The notes under the pieces: generated by a model
Told to the model about the DNA's origin: nothing
Seen by the model: the letters and a program-made list of their open reading frames with translations, nothing else
Databases searched by the model: none
Part shown: positions 39,421 through 51,679 of the stretch, piece by piece
How the letters are laid out: each line of letters starts with the position of its first letter
How positions within the stretch are numbered: position 1 is the first letter of the stretch
Program-made: the position numbers and the translations under genes
NCBI GenBank assembly: GCA_044892525.1
Contig: CM097885.1
Span: forward strand, 32,986,001 to 33,050,000
From: Schmidtea polychroa
Lineage: Eukaryota
DNA length: 64,000 nucleotides
Reading direction: 5' to 3'

Positions 39421-40724
39421 ATATCCTCCTTAAAGATCCTAAATTCCCATCTTAACCGATCTCTCACAAATTTGTTTACCCTTTCAAACATCTAACCAAC
39501 TATATCCCTTAATTCTACCCACTTGAGGTTATATCCTCCTTTAATTCAGTCAATCCTCTTAAAATCCTTAGAGAACTTCAAAAATATGAATTTTCATTAA
39601 CTGTTATAGACACCAGACATTCTTCCATTGAAATAATTTAGAAGCTAAATAATAAGAACCCACTAATGGATCAAAAATCAATATATTCTACAAATATTTC
39701 ACCCATCAAATACCTAACTAGAGATGATATATATTGATTGATCATAATTCTTCAGCGATTAAGCCAATCATTTTCAAGCAAATATAGCAACCTAATCACA
39801 AATTTCAGTATATCTTACAATAAATTTCAAGTAAATTTAAAATATCTATCCTTGATAAAGTTAACTGGTTTCTTAGCTCATGTTTTTTTAAAGTTCATCA
39901 ATGTGTAAATGTAAATATTCTTAGAAAATTATTCAAAAAAAATTATTAGTCAAATCTATTTACATTACAAAGTTATCATCAAAAATTTATTCTATCACTT
40001 GATTATTAACCTAATTGTCATTGAAATTAATTTTTATCTAAAATTTAAAAACAATTCAATAAAATTCAACTAATTATCAAAAAATTAATTAAATTTATCA
40101 ATTAAATTTATTAGAATCGCCATTAAAACCTTAAATTTTAAAAATTTCTTTCAGTCAACATAAAATTCTTAGAAAATTATTCAATATCATCATCATCAAA
40201 ATTTAACCTATCACCTGATCATTAACCTAACTGTGGTGGTGTTATATTTAACCAATTCAAATTTTTCTAGCAAAATTATTATCAACTGACAGTATAACTC
40301 ATTACAATCATCAACATTTTCGAATTTAATATAACCAGTTAAATCCAAAATTATTTCGCATAAATGCTCACTGTTAATGTTGGAAATCAGATCCAAAGTG
40401 TTCGATATTAATTCAAAGGATTCTTGCAAATATTTCATTTTTGTCATTCTGCTAAGTTCATTGTTTGTGCAAATGTTCTAATTGATCCTTGTTCGTTATT
40501 ATTTAGGCTACTTTATTTTTTTATATATAATATTTATATAGCTTTTGTTAAGGCCGTATAACGGCTCTCTACACTAACTGTCATTAAAAATAATTTTTAT
40601 TTAAAATTAAAAAACAAGTCAATAAAAATACATCCAATTATCAAGAAATTAATTAAATTTACCTTAGAATTAACATCAAAACTTAAAATTTTTAAATATT
40701 CATTCAACCAACATGAAATTCAAG

Positions 40725-40872
40725 AAAATGATAGAAATACACAAAAATAACAGAAATTCACAAAAATGATAGAAATTCACAAAAATGATAGAAATTCACA
40801 AAAATAATAGAAATTCACAAAAATGATAGAAATTCACAAAAATAATGGAAATTCATAAAAATGATAGAAATA
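40725..40872. repeat. Minisatellite of ~20-bp AAAAATGATAGAAATTCACA, about 7 copies
   Basis: Read directly. Confidence 0.9.
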
Positions 40873-41040
40873 TTTACTAAAACCATCAACTCTAAAAATT
40901 ATCAATGAATGCCTTAAACAACAAATTTGCCTAAATAATCATTCAAATAAAAGCATTAAAATCAAATACCAGTACCTTTATGATCAGTATCCGTGCGACA
41001 TGTTGAATGTGAGTAGTACCCTTGTGAGCAATAAGTTGTT

Positions 41041-41661
41041 GATATCTTATACTTGGTAGTTGGTATAGTGTTGTTAACAGATTGTTGTTATATAGTTGTA
41101 GGTTGATATTTGTTAATTTCTCGAGGGGTTTTGATGGTGGTTGTTAGTACATGGTAGTTAGTTGTAAGTGTTTAGTATTTAGTTGTTTGAGACCTAGTTG
41201 TTGTACATGGTAGCTAGTTAATGAGTAGGTGGGGGTTGAGTGTGACCAATACCCTTACGTTCAGTACCCTTATGACCAGTACCCTTAAGACCAACACCAT
41301 TAGGCGGTCAAAACATCCTGTCGGTTAAACTCAGAGTATATATAATAAAACGAATCAATAAAAATTATTTATTAAATGCAATTTTTACATTGCAATAATA
41401 AGTCAGTAGTAATCAATTAAAAGAAGAATGTTTTGTGAATAAAAATTAGAATTCAATAATCTTTCATTGTAATTTTATCTTCAATTCTACGTGGTGTTGA
41501 GTTGACAATTATTTATTTTTGATGAAAATCATCATTTTTGTTAAATTTAGACATTTAGAAAGAGTTTTTCTACTGATTGTAGTTAAAAATATTTTTGAAG
41601 ACAAATAAAAAAAATTAATTTAAAAATCATTTGATAAAATACAATAAGGAATACTTAGTTG
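41041..41661 (-). repeat. Right arm of the ~620-bp inverted repeat
   Basis: Reverse complement of 36605-37225. Confidence 0.95.
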
Positions 41662-41789
41662 GTTGATAGTACTTGGTTGTTTTTACTTAGTTGATAGTAC
41701 ATGGTACTTGGTAGCTGGTTGTAAGTACTTGGTATCTAGTTGTATATACCTGATAGTTGTTGTTATCTGATTGTTGAATAATTATCAGA

Positions 41790-41864
<75 letters not shown>

Positions 41865-41872
41865 ATTATTAT

Positions 41873-41925
<53 letters not shown>
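41790..41925. repeat. (ATT)n followed by (TA)n microsatellite
   Basis: Read directly. Confidence 0.95.
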
Positions 41926-41929
<4 letters not shown>

Positions 41930-42527
41930 AAAAGTTTAGGAACTCCTTACAAACACTAAGTCAAATATTCCAGGAAACACACTTTATAGACAAAGTTCCC
42001 TTAGAAAATTCACAAAGGAGTATATTAATCGAGTTTCATTAAAATATTTTAAAAATAAAGTCCCTTTAAATAGGTGAGATAGTTTGTGTCTCACTGTGAT
42101 AGTCAATCATTTTACCATTTGATAATGAGACCATATAATTTTGGGATTTTTAGTTACAGCTAACCTTTTTTATATTTATTAGTGACAAATAGTCATTTTA
42201 TGATTTTTTAATGAGATTATATCATAACATTGATAATCATAGATACGGAGAAAAGGTACCTGGAGAGTGTATTTAAAAGCTACAAAATGTCATTTACAGT
42301 TCTGGGGAAATTATTTAAAACATTTTCTAGGAATTTAGGCGTTGTCTCAACAAATAAATTTCTATTACTGTCAAAATGTCAATGTTAAAAGTAAAACAAG
42401 AAAGGTTTTCTCGACAATCACGAAAAATGGAATTGAAAAAAAAAATTAATGATAACAAACAAACAAAATTTACTAATTTAAACTTTGACATTTAACAGAT
42501 GACTTTTTTGAATCATAAAAATCAAAT

Positions 42528-42781
42528 CTAGGTTTTTAAAATAGTTGATGAAGTATTTCTTATTCTTTGGGGACTCCTGCGACGAGTGATTGGGGTTTCA
42601 GCATCCTTGATTGATTTATTAGACTTTAAATGTGACGTTCCATACTGACTAAAATAATTTTCCGAGCGCAATATATCTTCAATATTTCTACATCGACATT
42701 TAATTATCTGCTTCAGCGGCGTTCTGAATTCTCTATTGAAAATCGCATAAATTATTGGATTCAAAAAACTGTTTGTGTATC
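42528..42781 (-). CDS. HTR7: Terminal exon of an aminergic class A GPCR, most like invertebrate serotonin 5-HT7 receptors (TM7, helix 8, C-tail)
   Basis: Acceptor TTTTTTTCAG|GA (phase 1), then [48 protein letters not shown]...stop. It has the NPxxY motif, and the FR.P...RC...R..Y..QYG tail is typical of protostome 5-HT7. The subtype is less certain than the GPCR call. Confidence 0.88.
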
Positions 42782-43442
42782 CTGAAAAAAACATATTCGA
42801 GTTATTCAATTATATCAATTTTAAACAAAAAGATGTAATGTGAATGTAAAGATTAAAGATGGTTTCTCGGTAGCAGCACACATTAAATGTTAAACAATGA
42901 AAGGATAAGATGAGGTTGAAAAGGATTATCAAATAATCGAAAATTTTCTCATCTACTTTAATAAATATTTTGCATCAAATGCTCATCTTATCATTTACTT
43001 GTTATAATATAAAAATTATTACAACAATTTTCGAAAATCCTTTCGCTTTTTACTCTTTACTTTAACGTTTTACTTATTCATAATGGATGTTATTTACGAT
43101 TTTTTTATCGTCTTTCCTTAAAACTTGAGGTCAATGTGTTGACTTCTTCATAACAAATATATGCAACAACATATTTACTAATAGTCTGATAAACAAAGTC
43201 AAACTAGACTTTTGAAATGGCTAGTATTTAATTTAGCATTAATATAATAAAGCTTTAGCATTAATTTAATAGCATTATAGAAATTATTTTTAAGCATTAA
43301 GTTATTTAAAGAACTGCATTAATTTAAATGAAAAAATACATTATTCAATTTAAGAAAAAACATTAGACAAAAAAAACTATTATTTAATATTATTTTGAAA
43401 TTGCAAAAAATCACAGATCATCATTTATAAAATTGTCATTGT

Positions 43443-43750
43443 CATTGTATTAGTAAAGCTTTTTTTATCTTTCGAAGATCTTCCTCTCTTGCGCTTGGTT
43501 CCAATATCGAAATTTTTTGTGTCTGATAGTGGTTTTCAATACTTTAATCTGATCACCATACCAACCACATGTTTGCAAATGTAGTGCTTTAGAAATGCAG
43601 GACAGGTAAAAGTAACTGTCTTCTATATTTCTCCATTATCTGGTAGGGACACACACCAAATGCCGAATTGTGTAGCTTGGAAGGTATCGAAAGTATTAAA
43701 TCAACCATTTTCGTAGCGTTTTATATCTTTATCTGCTTCAGATTCCATTA
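43443..43750 (-). mobile_element. Mutator-like (MULE) transposase C-terminal remnant with SWIM zinc finger
   Basis: FTCPAFLKHYICKHVVGMVIRLKY*KP...IGTKRKRGRSSK: a degenerate CxC...CKH followed by a KRKRGRP-like tail, with internal stops. Confidence 0.8.
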
Positions 43751-45234
43751 CTCTTTATTTTTTCTAAAGCTTGTTCCTTGTTCTCAAAGGTTTTCTCAAA
43801 GAGTTTTTTTGAGCGTTTTGTATTAGAAACTGTGTTGTTTTGGGTGTTGTCTATCTGATCTTCTATATCGCTTGAATATTGTGCAACGCGTTGTAATTGA
43901 GCCATTTAAAGCTTTGAATTTGAAATAATGCAAATTACAAATTAATAATCCCCACATAACAAAAAATATGTTCCTCAGTATAATTAATGCCCATAAAATA
44001 TAAATAACAATCATTCAATATGATTAATGGTAAATTTCGTTAAGTCTCATTTAAAAAAATTAATGCTCGATTAAATATTGCTCTTTTGAAATTCGTCGCA
44101 TCTGTATATCATAAATATAAGAGTTATTATAATTTTAAAATTGTTTTAATTTCACATATTAATATTTTTATTTTAAATATTTTCAGAGAATTTGAAAGAT
44201 ATGGCAAAAACATAGTTCCAAAGATATACAAAGGTTTACGTAATTTTAATGTTAGAAATAGTTTTCCAGATTCCAACAAGATTATCTAGACTTTAGAGAT
44301 TTATTTGTACTTCAATAATGTTGAGTTTATAACAAAAGTTTACTTCAGATGTTTACTTTATATCTGACTCGATGTGCTTCAACTATTCAAATGAAAACTT
44401 ACAACAATAAACTGATTAATAATTTATAAGTAAATACAATATCAATTCAAAATAAATCAGAGATGAAAACCGAAAGAAGTTCTTATAATAATTTATAAAA
44501 TGTTATTATAATAAATGAAAGTTAAATCACAAGATTTATTACAAATATTAGTGTTAATTTAGTTGCAACCCAACGGAGAAAAAGGAAGTTTTATTATTGG
44601 ATCAGTTGACTAGCTACTCTGCCAAACTTCATTACAAAAAACATTTTTTAAACATTTTTAATTTAAATTTAATTCTAAAAAAATATTATAAATTGTAAAA
44701 TTGGTATGTTTTGAAATATTTTGTGGGAGAAGAAAGATTCATTTTATGAGGAAGCAGAGAAAGAAAGATTTGTTGAATTTTATTTTGGGATGATCAGTAT
44801 CAATTTTAATTAGAAATATTTGATTTTATGAATAAATACAGCGGATTATGGCTTACATAGTTATTTATTTGAATTTTATTTTTATTTCGATAAATAATTA
44901 TTTTCCGGGCTTCGGGTCAACCTTTACCACTCCTCACTGCTAATTTGTGTTTTGCTGGCTTCCGTTAATATTCAAAGCAAGTGTTTTCTTGTTTCTAGCA
45001 AACAATGTGCTAATATAGGGAATCGTAAATAAAACTAAATGCTCCAAATACTTATATCTTTAACATTTTAATTGTAATTGAAGAATTCTCGATCATATTT
45101 ATTTCTGGATATTTTTCGTATAATGAAAATTTATTTATTTTCCTTAAAGCTAAAAAAAATCTGAAAAATGGTTCAGTAAAAACATTGTTTCTCAACTTAA
45201 CGAAGTTGACAATTTTTCTTGGAAAAAATATATA

Positions 45235-45443
45235 GCGTATATATTCGCGTATAGACCGAGTAATTTTGGATTATTTTTTCCCAAATTGATGGGTCTTCTT
45301 CTACGCGAACCTACTTTTAATTAAAATTATTATATATTACCCAAAATGTCATTTTCAATAGGTCAGCTTATATGCGGGTCATCTATTTTTGATGTTTTAA
45401 TCAACCAAAGTTGGGGGATCGACTTATATGCGAGTATATACGG
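45235..45443. mobile_element. Tc2/pogo-type MITE, 209 bp, TA TSD
   Basis: TA|GCGTATATATTCGCGTATAGACCGA...TCGACTTATATGCGAGTATATACGG|TA, imperfect ~25-bp TIRs. Confidence 0.75.
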
Positions 45444-46835
45444 TATATTTAATTGACGAAATTTAACTGCATGGCTAAACAATATCATTTGAAATAATAA
45501 AATGATAATAATAATAAAAAATAATAATAAAACTGAAACTTGACAAATAATCTCATTGTCGATGACAAAACGTTTTATTAAGGTTTGGTGCCACACTCAA
45601 ACACAATAACACAATAAAGTTGTGCTTACAGCGATAAAACTTGATATTTCAATGATAGTTTAATTAAATAAGTGAACATCATCTGTTTCATTTTCATACA
45701 AAAAAGGAATTTTAATTATAACCTTAATATATATTTTCTTTCAAATTATTTTTTAAATGACCTTTTCCAATATATCTTTTGAAAAATGTGCCAAAAATAA
45801 AAAGATTTCATTTATTTTCATTTGATAATAGATCAGACATTATTTACCTCTGTTATAGAAATTTTCGGTACTGTTTTTATTAAGTGTTATATTAATTGTG
45901 AAATAGAGGCAGTGCTGAAAATTTGTATTTATTTTTGTAATGAAAATAAATGAAATGTTAAAAGAAAAACCCAAAGCCGATCAAATATGAACAAAAATTA
46001 GAGGATTTATCTGATAAAATATAAGAAGATTTGAAAAATTATGATTTCTAAATAAAATTAAAAAAGGAAATTTTTCTTTAGTATTATTTTGAATCTCATC
46101 ATTTTAGTTATTTAGGGTTTCAAGAAATGCATCGTATTAAATTTTTTTCTACTGCAAGCAGAGAATTTTATTTAAAAAATTATTTAAATAGAAATGAATA
46201 TTTGTTTTAATAGAATAAATAAATAATTTCAAATAGTAATTTTAAAATTGAATAATTGTAATGCATATTAATATATTTTTATTAAAATCTGATTTATTAG
46301 GCTGGTCCTTAAATAAATAAATTCAATTTTCAAAATTACACAACAGAGTAAGCAATGCTTGCCATAAGAATGGTTTCCATGGTTTATTATGAGGTCTATG
46401 TGATGGACGTATGCCATTTCTATTACACAAACTGACTTTGAATCGAAAAAAATTGCCCAGTCCTTTTCACAAGGACCTGTTATCCAAGAATAATTTATTT
46501 CATATGAAATACTACATAAATGATAATTAAAACGCACTAAGCTCGAGGAATAACATAAATGACATAAATACCCATAACAAGGTTAAGTAAATTTGAATGT
46601 ATCTTAATTACTGTATGTTATCTTGAATATTATCTTTTGAGAAGTCTTCTTTTAAAATTAGAGTTGTTCAATATTTCTATTTGTTCATAGTAGATAGTAT
46701 AGTATTTATAGTATAAGCCGGACCAACGAGTTCTAAGCGCAAAATGGTTTTCATGTTATATCCAAAAATAAAAGCATAACTTTTTTCATTGTATAAACAT
46801 TACAAGCTTTGTGATACCCAGTGCGAATCCCAATT

Positions 46836-46871
46836 GTAGACTAGTTTAGAGCTTTTGGCTCTCATCAGTGC
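46836..46871 (-). ncRNA. Probably inactive minimal hammerhead ribozyme, second sequence family
   Basis: Minus strand: GCA-CTGATGA-GAGC(caaaa)GCTC-TAAA-CTAG-TC-TAC. The GAAA box is mutated to TAAA; stem III has palindromic CTAG. Confidence 0.6.
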
Positions 46872-47141
46872 TATGCAGGAGAGGCGAAGATTTCTCTTCG
46901 CCCCAGGTAAGTATACAATATTTCTGATTCAACTCTATTGCATAAATTGAAAAGAAATCAGAGGTTATAATATTATATCAAAGTATTTACAAAATCTATT
47001 CCTCCAATTAATTTTGGTGATATCCCCTGGGCAATGATAAATTCAATCATTTTTGATTCCTCTATACCTCGTATTTGAACCAGTATGTTTACTTTATCTA
47101 ATATATCAATTGGTGACTCCTTAGCACCTATTAATTTAGTA

Positions 47142-49682
47142 CAGTAGTACGCAAACTTTTTACCTCCCGGCACAAAATAGAAAAAAAAGTCAAGGCACAA
47201 ATAGAAAGAATGTATCTTTTATATAGAATTTTTTTAATAAAATGAAATTACATGTATATATTTTATTTAATGGGATGAGTGCGCTTGCTTTTTGTCGCAA
47301 ATAAATTTTATACGTGGTTCGATTTTTGTTAAACAAACTCGCAGCTCATCATCCAACATTAGCAATCGCTCTCTCTTTTTAGATTTAATCTCTGTGAGTG
47401 CAGAGAATCTGAATTCGCACAGATATGAGGATCCAAATGGCAGCAGAGATTTGATGGCTTTTAAACTTAAATCAGGATATTGACTTTTTACGAAAATCCA
47501 AAATTCTGGCAAGTCCTTCTCAGCAAGCGCAGCTTTCAAAACTACATCATTTTTCAATTCAATGAGTTTTTCTTCTTCTGCAAAGACAGAGACACATCAT
47601 TGTGGCATATGAATGGATTTATCACCCAACCATATTGTGAAGTATCAAGCGACGGAAAATATTTGGAGAAAGATGAAAAAAGATTTTGCAATGTTTCATA
47701 GATTTGGTTCATTATTTTGCTCTGATTTTGAGAAGCATGGACACCTGGCAAAAATTCAATGTTATTTTCTTTTGTCTGTCTGATCCAAAGTTGCAGTTTT
47801 TCATCGAATGCTTTGAGTTTTCCTGTAATTGTGATCATATTTTCTTTCTCACCTAGCAGACTTTAATTAAGTAAGTTCAATTTTTCAAATAAATCGTTCA
47901 GAAAAATAACTTCCAGCCACCATATATTGCTTTCAAGAAACTCGAACTTACCACCTTCAGTAGAAAAATAGGAAATAATCTCAGTTCGCAAACTGACAAC
48001 ACGAGCAAGCACTTTCCCCTTCGAGAGCCATCGGACTTCTGTATGACATAGTAAACTTTTGTGATCTGAATCCATTGCCTCACATAAAGACGTAAATATT
48101 CTTGTCCGAAACGGATTTGACTTGATGTAGTTAACTATTTTGATTACTTCATTCATTGTTTGCAGAAGCTGAGTGGGCAGAGCTTTTGAAAGTAAAACTT
48201 CTCGATGAATCATACAGTGCACAATTTTTACTTGTGGATTGCGATGCAAAACATAAGCAACAAAGCCTTTGTTCCGTCCTTGCATTGCTGGAGCTCCGTC
48301 AGTGCAGACACTAACACAGTTATCCCATTGGAGTCCCTTTGATTGAACTTTTTGATTGACCAGCTCAAAAACATCTTTTCACGTGGTATTTTTCGTCAGC
48401 TCACTACAGAAGAAAAATTGGTTTTTAATTTTTCCTTCTCTGGTGAATCGTAGAAACGCAATCAACTGAGCTTTGCTACTGATATCAGTCGATTCGTCAA
48501 TTTGAAGCGCCCAAAGTTTTTCAAGTTCATCTGTATTTGCTACGAAATGCTCATGAATCTGATTGTCAACGTCCTGCGACATGTGTTGAATTCTTCGAGA
48601 AATTGTATCAGCTGACAACGGAATTTGCTTAATTTTTTCGACTGCTTGATGGTTGAACATTAATTCAACGGCAATTTCTAACGCTGGCAAAATAATCTTT
48701 TTGGCATCAGTATGTGACTTTTTATTTTTGCATAAAAGTTGAGCAATTTTATAGCTAGAAATTTGGGCTTTTTTAGGGATCGAACAAAATACCTTAATTT
48801 GTTTTGACTGCCTTTGTAAATTAGTTCGGAGGTGGTCAAAGTACATTTTTGGTTTATTCTTCATTTCTGGATGTTTTGTTTCCAAATTTCGATGAAGCTT
48901 ACTTGGTACCATTGATTCATTTGCAAGAGTTTTTGAGCAAATTAAGCAAAAAGGAAGAGAACTATCATTTTCTGATGGAATAAACCCAATTTCAATATAG
49001 TCGTCTTGATATTTGCGCTTTGCCAAACTGTTTGATTTCGCATTTGATTTTGGATTTTGGACATTTTCATGTCCAGTTTTCTGAGTTCTTGATACAAATT
49101 TATCCATAAGGATGCTTTGTATTAAAATAAATTAGTAATGGCTGTTAAGAAAAAAAATATTAAATTACTTGCTTGGAATAACAACAATTTAGATCACTAC
49201 CAATTAATTAATAACCTTTGTCAAATCGAAGAAATATCTGGAATTTTTATCAGTTACTAATAATAATCGATAATAATAATAATGTTTTTATTAAATAACT
49301 TCTATTCACTTACGATACAAACAAAATAATGAGTTCTACAAATTTCCCCACTATAAATTTTGAAATTTTTTACGAATGGCTTTATTCCAATCATAGTATT
49401 AAAAATTTCAAAGAAAAATAGCAAGCCTACTATGGAAAATTTAAAACAAATTTGAATTTTCCATAAAAAATTCAAATAAATAACGGTCACTTTTATCAAT
49501 TATTGTTACTTCTTGACAGTGTTTTGTTTTTATTAAATAACTACAAAAAATATTTTAACTTCTTTTTTTTATTATATAACTAAAAAAAATATTTTCGTAC
49601 TAAATATTTTCGCATTAGCGGCACATTTTAAATTCTTTTACGGCACACTAATATGCCGCGGCACATAGTTTGCGTACCACTG
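47142..49682 (-). mobile_element. Full-length Buster-type hAT transposon, 2541 bp
   Basis: 16-bp TIRs CAGT(G/A)GTACGCAAACT. Perfect 8-bp TSD ATTTAGTA (47134-41, 49683-90) with the central TA typical of Buster elements. Confidence 0.96.
47267..49107 (-). pseudogene. Buster/ZBED5-like hAT transposase with two in-frame stops and one frameshift
   Basis: BED-like CLIC...SMVPSKL..LETKH, LQIDESTD, VCTDGAPAM, HCMIHRE, HTEVRWLSKG and LLPFGSSYLCE. Stops at 48379-81 and 47863-65 are in frame; the frameshift is near 47580. Confidence 0.95.
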
Positions 49683-51359
49683 ATTTAGTATAACATTTCT
49701 CAAAATTTGTTTCCTTTACTTGAGTCAACAAACTCTTATCTATTATGCTACTCTTTGCTCCCGTTTATAACGAACAACCAAAGTCATTGTTATTAATAAC
49801 TATTGTTACGCTTGGCCTGCCACTTCTATCATAATCTATCATATTATTAATTACATGTATGCCATTAATATTATAAATACAATGTCAGTGGAAAAGAAAT
49901 CAGTGGTGAAATTTGAAAAAACGTTCTTATAATTATTACAGTCAATATCAAACCCTACATCATTCAATCGCTATTTGTCATCCGAACATTCTCTATACTG
50001 ATTAATAATATATAAATAGTTTTCATTACTTACAGCATTCAAACAATCATCATTCATTTCATACGCTATGTTCTTCATTAATATATCATTTGCAATTACG
50101 GCATAACTCCAATCTCCTCCCCTCGTAATGAATCAAATCTATTTAGAAATTTTTGCTCATCTTCTTCCTTATTACAGAACTATCCGCAGATATTGCCTAT
50201 TTATTCTATAGTGCAGCTATAAACATTGATGTTTTAAATGCCCTGACATCACTGTGATTACATTTCCCATTTTGTCATTCTGAACGTTTAAGACCCTCTT
50301 CATGGCATATCCAACATTTAATTTTGGTCGATCGTTTCTTATTTGATCTAGTATATTCGGATGTTTCTTTAATCGTTTCTATGTTTGTTTTGTCTCCGGT
50401 CAGATTCACATTTAATTATTTATTGTCTTTCTAACAATATGCGGATTGTATTTTCCAATAAGACATATTTTAGTTATAAATGACAAACATTAACAAGTTT
50501 TGGTCTAAAAACTGTTAAAAAATCGTAAATACAAAGCATGGGAGAGACAGAAGAAATATGTAAGTAAACTCAGTTGGCTATTACATTACATAACTTTGCA
50601 CAAAGATATTCAATTAGAACTTGTTAATTTGTCTAAAATAATAATAAAGACATTTGGTATTTATGCATATATGGAATTCAGTTAACCTAAAGATGAGAAA
50701 TATAATCAAAAAACATTTTCCAACGAGTGCTAAATTTACTGGAATATCGAAATGGCATCAAATTATTGGTCAAAACTCTAACAATAAATCTTTGAAGAAA
50801 GTATCTGATATATTGAGACAAGTACCATACTTTATATCAAAGAGTGGAAAAGGTGGATGTGAGAAGCGACACCAAGCAAGGAATATTCATTCAGTACAAC
50901 TGAAATCTGTTAATCGCGCAAAAGAAAATTGGTAGTAAGGCTAGAGATCTCGAAAAGGTATTATCTGAATATTAATTTAAAACTAATTAAATTTATTTTG
51001 AATTTTGCTTTGCAGTGAAGTTTGTAATTGTTATGGTATAAAATGGTTGCTTTAAAGTGCGGTTTATAGATCCATATCGATTTGTAAATGGCACATCATC
51101 ATCATCATCATTATTGGAATGACTGTCGGTCATCTCCGTTCTCAAGTTCTACTGAAAATATCTACTGGAAGAATTGATTAATATTAGTAAACACAATTTT
51201 GTGAAAAATTTATTGAAATGTTGTTTGATTTCAACTTTGTGAATTTTGGAAGTTTGAATTGAGAAAACAGAATTTTATGATTTTTTTATTAAAATTTATA
51301 TTTAAAAAAAGTTTGTTTAAAAAAGAACAATTTAATTTGATTTAGTTTTAATTTCAATT

Positions 51360-51400
51360 CTACCTGACGATGACAATGAATCTGTCGAAATATATTGTAG
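51360..51400 (+). ncRNA. Minimal type I hammerhead ribozyme motif, same family as 6007-6045
   Basis: CTAC-CTGACGA-T-GACA(atgaatc)TGTC-GAAA-TATA-TT-GTAG: 4-bp stem I, 4-bp stem II, intact core. Confidence 0.75.
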
Positions 51401-51456
51401 TTACATTTATATAATGAATTTATTTTATATTTAAATCGATGTCATTATTTAGTGTA

Positions 51457-51679
<223 letters not shown>

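Larger units (their letters stand above)
46973..50480 (-). mobile_element. Ty3/gypsy-like gag-protease remnant split by the Buster insertion
   Basis: Degenerate zinc knuckle KCWICHEEGLKRSE* at ~50280-50320. Removing 47142-49690 restores L*TGAKSSIIDKSLL...EKCYTKLIGAKESPIDILDKVNI...LIGGIDF, a retropepsin pattern. Confidence 0.65.

Noticed and set aside
40553..40580. Helitron 3' end (GCCGT-ata-ACGGC hairpin)
   Set aside because: It is followed by CTAA rather than CTAG, and no matching 5' end could be defined.
50654..50935. 93-aa ORF as a transposase or host exon
   Set aside because: No convincing motif, start codon or splice signals.
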